A DNA stretch of 64,000 nt from Octopus bimaculoides (lineage: Eukaryota), in contig NC_068993.1 in assembly GCF_001194135.2 (NCBI RefSeq), positions 62,343,730 through 62,407,729 on the forward strand, given 5' to 3'. The notes under the pieces were generated by a model. That model was given only the letters and a program-made list of their open reading frames with translations. It searched no databases and was not told where the DNA came from. Made by a program: the position numbers and the translations under genes. Below are positions 38,995-52,574 of this stretch, one piece after another (within the stretch, counting starts at the first letter, position 1; every line of letters starts with the position of its first letter).

Positions 38995-39708
38995 GACGGA
39001 CTTCTTTCAGCTTCCGTCTACAGCCACGTCTGCGCCTATACATATATGGCATATATTCCAAAAGTTCCTTTCTGTTTGATCATTGGTTACGTGCTCAAAA
39101 CATGTTATAAAGGACGTGAGTTTCGCCTGCATATCACGGTAGCTTGAAACTCATGTCGTGAGATAAACCCTCAGCTTCATATATATGTATATATNNNNNN
39201 NNNNNNNNNNNNNNNNNNNNNNNNNNNNNNNNNNNNNNNNNNNNNNNNNNNNNNNNNNNNNNNNNNNNNNNNNNNNNNNNNNNNNNNNNNNNNNNNNNNN
39301 NNNNNNNNNNNNNNNNNNNNNNNNNNNNNNNNNNNNNNNNNNNNNNNNNNNNNNNNNNNNNNNNNNNNNNNNNNNNNNNNNNNNNNNNNNNNNNNNNNNN
39401 NNNNNNNNNNNNNNNNNNNNNNNNNNNNNNNNNNNNNNNNNNNNNNNNNNNNNNNNNNNNNNNNNNNNNNNNNNNNNNNNNNNNNNNNNNNNNNNNNNNN
39501 NNNNNNNNNNNNNNNNNNNNNNNNNNNNNNNNNNNNNNNNNNNNNNNNNNNNNNNNNNNNNNNNNNNNNNNNNNNNNNNNNNNNNNNNNNNNNNNNNNNN
39601 NNNNNNNNNNNNNNNNNNNNNNNNNNNNNNNNNNNNNNNNNNNNNNNNNNNNNNNNNNNNNNNNNNNNNNNNNNNNNNNNNNNNNNNNNNNNNNNNNNNN
39701 NNNNNNNN

Positions 39709-39756
<48 letters not shown>

Positions 39757-40667
39757 AGAGAGAGAGAGAGAGAGTAAGAGAGAGAGAGTAAGTGCGCCAA
39801 ATTATACTGTGTAGTGAAACTTAGTCAAATAACAAATATATTGTGTAGCACCCAATAAAATCCGCTCGAAAAATATGTACCCCTAAAGGGGACAGAGTTA
39901 GTTTCAGTTTAGTAAATATTTCCTTACAGAAGCTGAAATTTGAAAGTAGAGTTATGAGGAGAAACAAGATAATAAGTTGCAGAAAATACACACATGATGC
40001 TGTCAGAAGTGTCTTGTTGCCAGTGTAGACGGCGTAGTGGTATACGGTAGAGGGACTTCACTATATGTGTCTGTGTGTGCGTATTATATTCTTAGGAATA
40101 GGCACGGCAGAGCGCGGAGGCACACGGACCTGCACACGCACTCACGGAATTGTAGACGCACGTCTGTGTGGAACAGGATGCAAGTGTACAAAACAAAGAA
40201 GAGCGTGTGAGCCTCGATTATGAATTGCGTCAAACGTAAACACGCTTTTTTATGGGAGAGCGAGTGTGCGCGTGTGTATATATTTATCTCTATATATTTA
40301 AATATATTATTAAATAGCTAGCGTGGGGACGATAGGACACAGTCGTGTGTCGATAAGCCAGCTGGAGGAGATGTCCTCCTGGGGCTAAAAGCAACAGTAA
40401 CATCCACCCCTAGGGGTCAGCCACACTTAAGTGGCAATATACTACACTTTATGTATATATACATATGTATATATACACAAGTACACACACACATACATAC
40501 ATGCATATATAGATATGTATGCTTGTACATATGCGTGTGTAAATATATATATATATACATATGTATAAAAACATTTATATGTGTATACATGTGTACAAGT
40601 ACATGCGCGGGCGCGCACACACATACACGCGCATACACACATATATATGCTTATATACACGCGCCCA

Positions 40668-40720
<53 letters not shown>

Positions 40721-40744
40721 GTCTGTCTGTCTATCTATCTATCT

Positions 40745-41030
40745 ATTCTTTCAATCATTGAATTACAGCCATGCTCAGCATTGACTAGAACAGTTTGATT
40801 GAACAAATCGATCCCAATCTTCATTTTTAAATCTAGTACTGATTCTATCATCACCGTTGTCGAACCGCAAAGTTATGGGGACGTAAACAAACCAACACTG
40901 TTTAGAAAGTGGTAAGTTTAGCAAACACAAAGCACACCGCATATACACACACATCTACAACGGGCTTTCACAAAATTCCGTTTGCGAAATTATCCACCAC
41001 GGTACTGGCTTAACGCATGATTGCTTTCTA
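40745..41030 (-). mobile_element. SINE family B, diverged
   Basis: ttctttcaatcattg...cgaaccgcaaagttatggggacgtaaacaaacc...caacgggctttc. Confidence 0.75.
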
Positions 41031-41490
41031 AAAAAAAAAAGCTGAGCTACTCCATTGATTGCAGCAGGATTTAACTTTGAGGAATGGTCAGCAAAATTCG
41101 AAGCAGTGGGTCAAGAGAACCCATGTTCATATTCTTACTTGAGGCAAAGGCTTTATAATACTTAAATTTCACTGATATATATATATATGTGTGTGTATTT
41201 GCATATACATAAATATGCGTGTGTATATAGTTGTCTTTTTTTCTCTCTTTCTCTTTCTCAATTACAAAATTATAAAATAAAAAGATTTCTTTGAAATTTT
41301 TAGAAATTTTAAAAAAATTATATAATTTTGTAATTTAAAAATTGTATAAATTGTAATTTTTAAGTTGTAAAAATATATTAGGAAGTTATATATAGAGATA
41401 TTTTTATTTTTATTCTTATCTTTAATGAAAATATCTTAGAATGTGTAGGATTAAGTTGGATCCGTTAATAATAATAATAAAAAGAAAAAT

Positions 41491-41572
41491 AGCCCGAGGA
41501 TGCACTGGTGGATTTTTATATTAGGTATAGCCTGGTAAAACAAACCACCAGGGCAGAAACACGTGTAGCGTT
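41491..41572 (+). ncRNA. Hammerhead ribozyme relic (Penelope terminal type), probably inactive
   Basis: cCgagga (core U4 is C); stem II tgcactggtgg/ccaccagggca (10 of 11 bp); gaaac; palindromic acacgtgt; GUA site; stem I only 2 bp. Confidence 0.5.
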
Positions 41573-41975
41573 CATTAATATTATCTTCTTTCCCCACAGA
41601 CTAATAACAAGTAAGGTACATATATTTTAAAAATATGTTTGAATAATTTTTAATTAATTCTATTATACTTTATTTTATAGTACGTTATAGTAGGCTATGA
41701 GTTAATAATTTTGGTGTAGAGGCTTCACCACCTTACTAAAACTATTTTTTGTACACATAATTTCTTAACAAAAACTGTTGACAGTGACTCCGAAGTTTAG
41801 ACCTTCTTAGCCGTCATCACTACTATTTTTGTTAAGATATATGTACTTTACAAAGAGTATTGAGTAATCTTGAAGTTTAATGTAAAATTATTTTTATTAT
41901 AAATCGAAATAAAATCAAAAGATTTTATATACGTGTATATATATATATGTGTATGTGTGTGTGNNNNNNNNNNTG

Positions 41976-42018
<43 letters not shown>

Positions 42019-43345
42019 ATTTACGGAGAGAGAGAGGGGGTTCGTATATGACCTCCTTTTGCTATGGTAGTCATACGTGCTTCGTCGATCTACATAAAAT
42101 AGCAGACAAACATTACTCGAATGTTAATCAACTGTCTATAAACAAGCCTGGACGCAGAAATGCAACGAAACGCGCTAATGACCGAGGAAAATTCTTCAAT
42201 CATTTGTTTGCCTAACTACGTCCTTCCTCGGGCTTAACAACAATAAGAACAAACAACTCCATCGCAATATACTACAACTATTTACACGCTAATGATGGCA
42301 AATATTTTCTTTTCAGTAAATTTGAATGAGGTTGTAGTATCCATCGAGTTCATTCTATGGAATAAATGACTTGAAATAAAGTATAATGATTTCTACTGCC
42401 TACAGCGTGAATCGAAACAGGGTTGCGGGATTGTATTGCAAAGAACTTACCTTCTACAATACCACAGTGCACCCGCGTAAAATACCCAAATGTATCGATT
42501 TTGACGAGTGCAGCCTTGTCGACAAACACAGCTACGTTGCATGTTTACAAGTTAGTTTACTGCAGAAATGAGTCACCACTCGCTTGTTTATATCGGTTAA
42601 CGATGTTCAGCATTCGGGTGTGCATGTACGCATGTATGTAGGCAATAATATTCCCACAGGTGAAATTACACAGGTATACATAGGCACGTACAAGGCACAC
42701 ACATACCTGTATAGAGAGGGATAGACGTACATACATACACATGTTTATAAAAGGGTTTGTGTACGAAAGTCTGCGAGTGGAAGGTAGAGAAACAAGAGGA
42801 CGATATGCACAGTGTTATCTTATGTACGGATATGTATTCCCATTATATATATATATATATATATNNNNNNNNNNNNNNNNNNNNNNNNNNNNNNNNNNNN
42901 NNNNNNNNNNNNNNNNNNNNNNNNNNNNNNNNNNNNNNNNNNNNNNNNNNNNNNNNNNNNNNNNNNNNNNNNNNNNNNNNNNNNNNNNNNNNNNNNNNNN
43001 NNNNNNNNNNNNNNNNNNNNNNNNNNNNNNNNNNNNNNNNNNNNNNNNNNNNNNNNNNNNNNNNNNNNNNNNNNNNNNNNNNNNNNNNNNNNNNNNNNNN
43101 NNNNNNNNNNNNNNNNNNNNNNNNNNNNNNTATATATATATATATGCATGTATACATAGAAACACATATGAACACGTAAATATATGTGCGTGTATTGTAT
43201 ATAATGTATGCGTGAGTGCATATATATATATTCATTTATTCTTTTATTTGTTTCAGTCATTTGGCTACGGCCATGCTTTAGTCGAGCAAATCAACCCCAC
43301 TACTTATTCTATCGGTTCCTTTTGCCGAACCGCTATATAGATAGG

Positions 43346-43395
<50 letters not shown>

Positions 43396-43396
43396 A

Positions 43397-43447
<51 letters not shown>

Positions 43448-44129
43448 TCCATTTATATGTATCCGTCTATATCCATATGCTTATATGTATATGTATGTAT
43501 GTGAATATATATATATTTNNNNNNNNNNNNNNNNNNNNNNNNNNNNNNNNNNNNNNNNNNNNNNNNNNNNNNNNNNNNNNNNNNNNNNNNNNNNNNNNNN
43601 NNNNNNNNNNNNNNNNNNNNNNNNNNNNNNNNNNNNNNNNNNNNNNNNNNNNNNNNNNNNNNNNNNNNNNNNNNNNNNNNNNNNNNNNNNNNNNNNNNNN
43701 NNNNNNNNNNNNNNNNNNNNNNNNNNNNNNNNNNNNNNNNNNNNNNNNNNNNNNNNNNNNNNNNNNNNNNNNNNNNNNNNNNNNNNNNNNNNNNNNNNNN
43801 NNNNNNNNNNNNNNNNNNNNNNNNNNNNNNNNNNNNNNNNNNNNNNNNNNNNNNNNNNNNNNNNNNNNNNNNNNNNNNNNNNNNNNNNNNNNNNNNNNNN
43901 NNNNNNNNNNNNNNNNNNNNNNNNNNNNNNNNNNNNNNNNNNNNNNNNNNNNNNNNNNNNNNNNNNNNNNNNNNNNNNNNNNNNNNNNNNNNNNNNNNNN
44001 NNNNNNNNNNNNNNNNNNNNNNNNNNNNNNNNNNNNNNNNNNNNNNNNNNNNNNNNNNNNNNNNNNNNNNNNNNNNNNNNNNNNNNNNNNNNNNNNNNNN
44101 NNNNNNNNNNNNNNNNNNNNNNNCGATTA

Positions 44130-44516
44130 GATGGACACCAGTATGCAACTGGTATTTAATTTATCGACCTCGAAAGGATGAAAGGCAAAGTCGACCTCGG
44201 TGGAATTCGAACTCAGAACGTAAAGACAGACGAAATGCCGATAAGCATTTCGCTCGGCGTGCTAACGTTTCTGCCAGCTCGCCGCATTTCAAACCTTTCC
44301 TATTATTATTCTTTGTATTTTATTCTTTGTTTCTGGTAGAAACGTTAGCACGTTGGACGAAATGCTTAGCGGTATTTCGTCTGTCTTTACGATCTGAGTT
44401 CAAATTTCGCCGAGGTCGACTTTGCCTTTCATCCTTTCGGGATCGATTGGGGTCGATCTAATCGACTGGCCTCTTCCCCCAAAATTTCGTGCCATTGTGC
44501 TTAGAGTAGAAAAGAT
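44130..44516. mobile_element. Adjacent inverted pair of SINE A copies (44130-44284 minus, 44332-44516 plus)
   Basis: gaaaggatgaaaggcaaagtcgacctcgg...ctgccag followed ~50 bp later by its reverse complement. Confidence 0.9.
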
Positions 44517-45321
44517 TATTTTTTTTTGTATTTATATACACATAGAGAGAGACAGAGGTGAGATAGATCCATAGTTATGCATTTGTATATGTGTGTGTGT
44601 GTGTGTTCGTGTGTTTTATATTCGCAAAGCATGTCAGATTTATATACATTTCTGCGTATATGTACTTGCTGAAAAAAAAAAAAAACCCGAAAACTTGTTA
44701 TTTATTTTCTATCAGTTAATTTGAACACTTTTCGTGCAATTTGCACACAGAAACATACCAACTTTCCTACATACATATATACGCTTTATTTGTCCATCTA
44801 TTTTCATGACTAAAACTTTGATGAGCCAAAGATCGCAACTCATACAGTTCAATGCCCAAACTTCACAATTAATTCAAGGGACAATGTACTGAATATTCTA
44901 TCAAATAATCTTTTATCTAACTGAATTTTCTCATTATTGGTAAAAGTAAACTTAAATACTTCGTTAATTGTTGGTACTATCAAAAATGGACGTGCAAGGA
45001 ATTTACTATTCATTTCTCAAAGTGAATATACATGCTTAGCAAAAGAGAAGTTCGATCATTGTTTACAGGCAAGAGATATCTTTCGGGCCATTAGAACTCA
45101 TCGTCATCGTCATGGTATAGCTTACTCGAGCCAATTTGTACACACGACGGACATTTTTACAAATACATTTGTTCCCGGACGCCCTCGATATTTGTGGTCC
45201 ATCCCGGTGCTCCGAAAGATACCCCCCACCTAGGGTAGTGATTTACCCTGGTTTTAAAACTTTATTGTAATTTCAAAAACAAGTTTACGCGAATACCTCC
45301 CAGCTTGTTTTTGTCTTTTCT

Positions 45322-45494
45322 TTCATCTTCTACTTGTTTCAGTCACTGAAACACGGCCATGCTGGGGCACCGCTTTGAACAGTTTAGTCGAACAAATCAA
45401 CCCAAGTAGTTACTGTTTTCTAAGATTTGGTTTTTATTCTATCGCTCGTTTTGGTTCAATAACGAAATCACAGGTTATCTAGGGGTAGTGGGGA

Positions 45495-45563
<69 letters not shown>

Positions 45564-45741
45564 CCTCACACATATACGTCGAGCTTCCGCACAATTTCCG
45601 TTTAATAAATTCATACACTCGGAAGGTACTTGTGGGCCCGGAGCCATAATAGAAGACACTTTCACAAAACACTGTGTTGTGGAACTGAACCCGAAACCAC
45701 GTGGCTGGAAAGCGTGCTTGTTAGCCACACTACCATGGCCG
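45322..45741 (-). mobile_element. SINE family B with expanded internal (CA)n
   Basis: cttgtttcagtca...ggccatgctggggcacc...gaagacact...ggaactgaacccgaaaccacgtgg. Confidence 0.85.
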
Positions 45742-46388
45742 GAAATGTTTTTCAAACGTTTGGTTTCTACAGAGCTTTTCACATATAAAAAGTCAATATT
45801 TACTTTCGATTTGATCACTCGATTTTGATTGTCACTGACAAACACAACAAACGAAATATTTATAATGAACAGCGCTTTGTAACAAAGACTGCTTCAGAAT
45901 CACATGGTTTCTGATTCAAGCTCACTGGCTGGCTCATTGGGCAAGTCTTTTTCACCACACTTCAGAAACACATGATTAGCAGTCCTGTCCCACTGTGTAG
46001 AAGCTGCTAGCTGGTATCCTATACTATAACTATCTGTCGACAATACGAGATTTGAACTCGGAATCATTGCATCTAAATATGAAGTTGCCTTGCCAACAAT
46101 TAGCGTTTTTGGCTGAAGCAAACCTCGATAGTCTTTGCCAACCAATAATTTCATGACATTGGCCAAAAATTTCAATTAAGTTTAACACCAGTAATCAGTC
46201 ACGTGTTTCGTTATGTTCCTATACAATGCAATTTTAACCATTTAATTTTGGTTGATTTTTCTCAATAATTGGGCTGACAAAGTACTCTTCTGATTACCAA
46301 TGATACAAGGCATAACGCACACACACTCACACACACTAACACACACACACACACATACACACATATACTCTTCTTTTACAAGAACAGA

Positions 46389-46481
46389 GTTGACAGTGAT
46401 TTCGAAGTTTCGACCGGGTTAGCCCACGTCAGAAAACCCGATCAAGACTAAGCAGGCCGAAACTTCGAGATTACTGTCAAC
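46389..46481. repeat. 93-bp palindrome made of two opposed hammerhead-like units
   Basis: 27-bp arms gttgacagtgatttcgaagtttcgacc / ggccgaaacttcgagattactgtcaac (3 transitions); a third unit lies at 41777-41820. Confidence 0.75.
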
Positions 46482-46606
46482 ACTTCTTATCAAGATTATA
46501 ATAGATATGTACTCAACAAAGAGTACTCGGGTCTCCTTCGGTTTAAATGAAAATTGCTTTTATTGTAACTCGACATAAAAACAAACATTGATATAAATAC
46601 ATAATA

Positions 46607-46789
46607 CGGTAATCCCTCGACTATCGCGGGTGTTACGTTCCAAAACTCCACCGCGATAGGTGAAAATCCGCGAAGTAGAAACAACATTGTGCTGTATATT
46701 TTATTATTATTATTTTTATAATTTGTATACATTTATTTTATCATAGGTGAACCGCGATACGTGAACCGCAATATGGCGAGGGATTACTG
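46607..46789. mobile_element. Tigger/pogo-type MITE
   Basis: ta|cggtaatccctcg ... cgagggattactg|ta; TIRs with TA target-site duplication. Confidence 0.85.
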
Positions 46790-47209
46790 TACATGCATTG
46801 TATTGTACATACAAAAAAATGCATACACGCATGCTTACGCACGTACATGTATACAGACACACACGCACACACACATTCATGTATACATACAAATGTTTAT
46901 ACATACGCACAAAGAGCTTCGATGAAATTGTTCCTAAATCAGAATCTAAAATTGTAAATACATGATGGAAGCAGTTGAAGATACACTGCTTTTGATTAAT
47001 ACGCGGAATGGTCACGGTTGGAGCAATTTTCATCATGTCTGTTCAATAAAACTAATAAATAACAACAAAAGCAGCACCACCATATATTTACACTTATACA
47101 CATCGAAATAGTGTATACACACCGAAATACTTGTATACATACATACAAAAATACATAAATGTATGGTTATATGAAGTTTAAAGCGAACAGTATACAAACA
47201 TCTCTTTTA

Positions 47210-48230
47210 AAAGATATGACATCATCAGTGGTTCCAAAACAGCAGAACTGAAGATCGCCTGGGAAAGACCTGATAGCCAGCTATTGTATTGGAATCACAA
47301 GCTTATAGGGAAGCCCTCGTTAAACGATACAGAAAAACAAAACAATGCAAGCTAAGCCTCATTCGTGTCTAAGATCTAAGAAACGCATGAACCTATAGAA
47401 TCCTTAAATGTTATAAATAAACAATACAATCACTGCGAAACAAACACTCTGGTTGCTGACGAGCAGGCAAGAGGCAGAAAGAGAGTTTAGAGTTATACCT
47501 AACGGCTGCTCAACAACATGGCTTTTCTTGAAGAAGTTAAGTAGCATCGCCGAAGTATAATAACTGTATCGTTAGATTATGAAGACACTTGACACGGTCC
47601 CTTAATCGTACATACTGGAGTCTGTGTTCCGTGACAAAGATCTATCTACTGTAGTAAATTTCCTTAATGACTGACTGTGGCCTTCACAGTTATCAATAAG
47701 AATTGAGGCAATTACTACAGTCACAAATAGAATTCGGTTATCAGCGGGAATATGCTACGAGGGACAACGCGTTTGTAAAGTTTTTCGTCCTTGTAGTGAA
47801 TTCTTTGCCAGACACATTGAAGAGACACCAAAGCACTTATGATAACCATAGAATATTATACAATGGTACATATCCCACAAATTAGGGGACATCAGCTTTG
47901 CAGCGAGAGCCACTTCTTCTGGGCATGAAATAGATACACCAAAAAAGGATATACCCTCGCTATTCAGTAACAGGAAATAACTGATCAATAACAGAAATAA
48001 GAATACCACCAAACTGCCTCGTTCTGGTGAAAAATGTCGATCGTGCCATATCAGTGTCGGAGATACCACTCACGTCACCATCATCAACAATTGCGTAAAT
48101 TTTCCTCCAACTTACAAGATACCCATGAGACAAGCATTGTTAAAACTAATTTTAATGTTCCCCACAGGAAGAACTATCTTGACAGCCATACAAAAGGGAC
48201 ACTTTTGTATGTCTGTCACTTTTGTATCCA
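47210..48230 (+). mobile_element. Degenerate R4/Dong-like non-LTR retrotransposon (RT and CCHC relics)
   Basis: LVADEQARGRKR...LLNNMAFLEEVK*HRRSIITVSLDYE/DTVP (RT), FGYQREYATRD...FFVLVVNSL (QGD region), GYTLAIQ*QEI and KCRSCHISVGDTTHVTIINNC...PMR (zinc knuckle). Confidence 0.75.
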
Positions 48231-48254
48231 CAGCTTGGAAATTAAGAAATAGTA

Positions 48255-48716
48255 TACTCTTTTACTTATTTCAGTCATTTGACTGCGGCCATGCTGGAGC
48301 ACCACCTTTAATCGAGCATATCGACCCCGGGACTTATTCTTTGTAAGCCTAGTGCTTATTCTANNNNNNNNNNCCGGGACTTATTCTTTGTAAGCCTAGT
48401 GCTTATTCTATCGGTGTCTTTTGCCAAGCTGCTAAGTTACGGGGACGTAAACACACCAACATCGGTTGTCAAGCGATGTTGGGGTACAAACATACATGCA
48501 TATATATGTATGTATGTATGTATGTGTGTATGTATATATATATATATATATACGACGAGCTTCTTTCAGTTTCTGTCTACCAAATCCACTCACAAAGCTT
48601 TGGTCGGCCCGGGGCTATAGTAGACGACACTTGCCCAAGGTGCCACGCAGTGGGAATGAACCCGGAACCATGTGGTTGGTAAGCAAGCTACTTACCACAC
48701 AGCCACTCCTGTGCCT
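48255..48716 (-). mobile_element. SINE family B, full length and young-looking
   Basis: tttcagtcatttgactgcggccatgctggagcacc...gacacttgcccaaggtgccacgcagtggg...cttaccacacagccactcctgtgcct. Confidence 0.95.
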
Positions 48717-51053
48717 AAGGATTCTAGTAAAAACACTAGCTCGATGTAAAAATAATCAAATCTGTCACAGTTCTACACGAGAGAATATAAAAGTTATGCT
48801 CCGTTGTAGAAGGAAACTGTTCTGAATAAGCGGTTGAAAAAGAGAACGGTTGAGGCGAACTCATGCAGAAGTCACTGTTCTTACCTGCCTGGTTATGAAT
48901 TCTAATTTGTACTTATCAGTATTCGTATACTGAGCTATTTAACAGGATTTCCATAAAAAAACAAGAAACCTGGAAATACTTGGAGATTGGAAGGAAAAAA
49001 ACAGACTGACCCCCATGATCCAAATCCAATCAATCAGCTGTGCAGAGAAGATGTGAAAGCTATTTCTTAGATTCAGATATTTGATTAGATTTTCCTTGAA
49101 TGAATATATACACGCCGTCACATAATTGAACATAGCACCCATATACACACACAGAAATCAAGATACCACGCTCTGGGATCAAACCTATGATCGCCTGCAA
49201 TCTAACGAAACTCTTTTGCCACGCAGCTATACCTGCATCCTTATATCGCATAAATAGTGGTGAAATAGACAAATATTAGTATGAATAGGAAAGTTTTTTT
49301 CTCTCCATTATTTGCACTCTATCGACAATTGTGTCAATCCTAATATTGCCAAAACATAGCAAAGCTTATTACACGTTATGGTTTTCAACTAGTTTTTGTT
49401 GCAACTTTCAATGCTCATTAGTGGTCATAGATGTCTAGATACAAACTTATAGCCCAAGCCACGTATAATTCTAAAAGCAGTTCGATCTATTGATTGAATA
49501 CAGATTCACGTGTGGACACATAGCTAACTAACAAGCTAGATTGCTTTTGATATAGAGAATAGCAGTTAAACATATCTTTCTCGCTCTCTCTCTCTCTCTC
49601 TTTCATACATAGGTGTGTATATGTTTGTCAGTGTACACACTCACATGCTCTCTCCCTCTCCCAACACACACACACACATACATATATATATACATACAAT
49701 ACGTAACTTTCAATATATATATATATATAGTAGCAGTATATGTAAAGCCCAAGCCTTCCTGTTTGTGTAATTCACATAGACATAATATCATAGCATCGAC
49801 TACCTGTAGAGATGTTGTTTACAACCAATTACTTAAACGAACTATGACCGCGTTGCCTGGCTCTAAGCACGTCTGTCTACAATATAACTCATGATATTTA
49901 TTTAAGCATATCAACCAATATTGTCTCGGTACAGTAGTTTGAAAATATTAAAGATAAATTTAGGGCATTCATTACTTCTTGGTGGTACATAATCTTCGTT
50001 TCTGTGTCTGTTCCTGACCGACTTCTAAACCATTCCACAGCTACACATAATTCGTGGCTAAACGCTTAATCGTCTTTAGCTCAACAGGCGCTGACAAAGT
50101 GAATAGTTGCCGGAATGTTTGCATGTTTTGGATAGTAATTCGTTGCACGTAGATGTATCAACGTAGACAACAAACTTTGGCACCGGGATTTTCTTCAATC
50201 GGATGAGCCATCGATACTGTGGAACCTGGATGCAATGGGAGTTTGACAACCAAGAACCGTGGAAAATACTTGTGACTTTTTCTACAAACAATATTTACTT
50301 CTACTCGAGAATGCGAACTCCACGACTTTTCGAAACCTTAGAAACACCCTTGACAACAAGAAAACCCATCCACTTTTGATTTACCTACCTATCTACATAT
50401 ATATATAAGTAATCATTGGTTCATTCCTCTTTTTAGTATAAATGGAGCAACAATTATATTATTTCTTAGTCTTCTTCTTTCTTTCAAAAGTATCATTAGA
50501 AGTATGTAATCCAAGAATTAATATTGTTCGTGTTTTTGATAATGTTTCCTGCGAGTTCCATATCTTTGGATTTACATGTTTCTGTATATGTATATCTACG
50601 GTTACAGCATAGAGTAGTGCAACAAAACACAGGCAATCAACAGTTACTGTTGTCATTTTATGTAAGAAAGAAGATATGGAGAGAGAAAGAAAGGAAGATA
50701 GCGAAAAGGTAGCCATTCAAAATTTTAGAAATACATAGAAACAAATACGAATGCATCCAATTTTCAATTAATTTTGTTTTTACGGCCAAATGCAAAGTTT
50801 CGAGTATGTTATGAAAATGTTACATCGTTAGCATTATTTTTATTTGTGCCAGTTACATTTCGTTTGTGTGAACATTGCAAAGATATAAACGAGCTGCGCA
50901 CACGTGGTCTTTCCGTTAAAGTTCTAAACCAACGTCCGTGAATACAGCACGGTACAAACAATGTCATGGACATTAAAAATTGATGATGTGGTATCTGACA
51001 CATTCTTATTTCATTCTATAAGTACCTTGGTTATTGGTTCATTACAGATTTAA

Positions 51054-51354
51054 GGGAGCACTCCGTCGGGTTACGAGGGTCCCAGCTGATACGATCAACA
51101 GAACAGCTTGCTCGTGAAATTAACGTGCAAGTGGCTGAGCACTCCACAGACACGTGTACCCTTAACGTAGTTCTCAGGGAGATTCAGCGTGACACAGAGT
51201 GTGACAAGGCTGGACCTTTGAAATACAGGTACTGCACATTTTTGCCAGCTGGGTGGACTTGAGCAACGTGAAGTAAAGTGTCTTACTCAAGGACACAACG
51301 CGACCGTACGATCGTGAGCCAAATGCCCTAACCACTAAAGCCACGCGCCTTCAC
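51054..51354 (-). mobile_element. SINE family C, full length
   Basis: gcactccgtcgggttacg...gtggctgagcactccacagacacgtgtaccc...ccacgcgccttcac. Confidence 0.9.
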
Positions 51355-51929
51355 TTTACATATTTAGTGAAAGGTAGGAAAATGTCTTGAAATTATTTCC
51401 GTCCTTATTTGTTTTTCTTGTATTGTTTATACATTTAATATTTCCCTTTATTTCCAAAGTCATGGACAAGTCTTGTCTCACTATGTTGAAAGTCTTCGGC
51501 ATAGAGTAAGGAGAGAGGGTATCGAAGATAACGAATTAGTTAACTATGCTGTCTAAGTAATTGTTCATTTGAAACGTTAAGAGAAGGAACGGAGGAAGGA
51601 AACTTATTCTCATATTCCTATCTACTAGATAGGAATATGTGAATAAGTTTCTGTGTTCGCGCGTGTTTGTGAGTGAGTGAGTGAGTGAGAGAGTGGGGGA
51701 GAGACGGAGAGAGTGAGAGAGAGAGAGAGTGGGGGAGAGAGAGGGAGAAACAGAGGGAGGGCGTAGGAAATTTTTAGACGGAAGGGGCAAACGGAAGTTA
51801 ACAGTAATTGATATAAAGGTAGCACGGAGCCGTCAATGGGACCCTTTTATCGGAAGGCCGGAACTGTGGATGGATGATAGCTCTAAAAACTACTTTATGA
51901 CAAACGCAAATACACAGAAACGAAGACAA

Positions 51930-52010
51930 CAACGATACACACAACAGTATATACACACAACAATATATACACACAACAATATATACACACAACAATATAT
52001 ACATACGTAC
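51930..52010. repeat. 16-bp minisatellite (ACACACAACAATATAT) x~4
   Basis: Read directly. Confidence 0.8.
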
Positions 52011-52542
52011 GCATGCAAATGCGAATTCGAATATGAGCGTTTATGTTCAAACAGTCCTGATTAAGCACAACTACGATATAACCTTTCAAACAATTAAACC
52101 ATAAATGATTTATTATATATCTTTTAGACACTTGTGTATCCACTGTAACGCTTTTATCTTTAACAAGAAAAAGAGTGATTTGAGGGAGATTTCGCTTCTG
52201 TCTCTAACAGATCATACAGCCACATAAAAGCTTATATAAGGCACTCTGTGTCGTAATCAGTAAGGTAGATGTCTAGCAATACAAAATGTTACTCTGTCTC
52301 TGATAGAATGTGTGTTTGAAACTATGCCGGTGCTTATGTTTGTATGTTAGCAATATATACTCCCAGATATACAAAATGAGAATTTGAAACAGAAAAGTAG
52401 TGAGAAACGAGACTCCATCGCCAAGTACACACGCGCGCACACAAAACTAATACATACATATCCACACACCTATGTATATATACACCTGTACAACACGTAT
52501 ACATATACCCATATACACAGATATACACGTACATAGACTTAC

Positions 52543-52574
<32 letters not shown>

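Noticed and set aside
45126-45229. Minus-strand exon-like segment (ctaccctag| ... |gtaagc) with two open frames
   Set aside because: Weak acceptor and no homology; indistinguishable from chance without RNA data.
45900-46175. 91-aa minus ORF, possibly LINE-derived
   Set aside because: The resemblance to L2/Crack RT C-terminal sequence is too weak to call.
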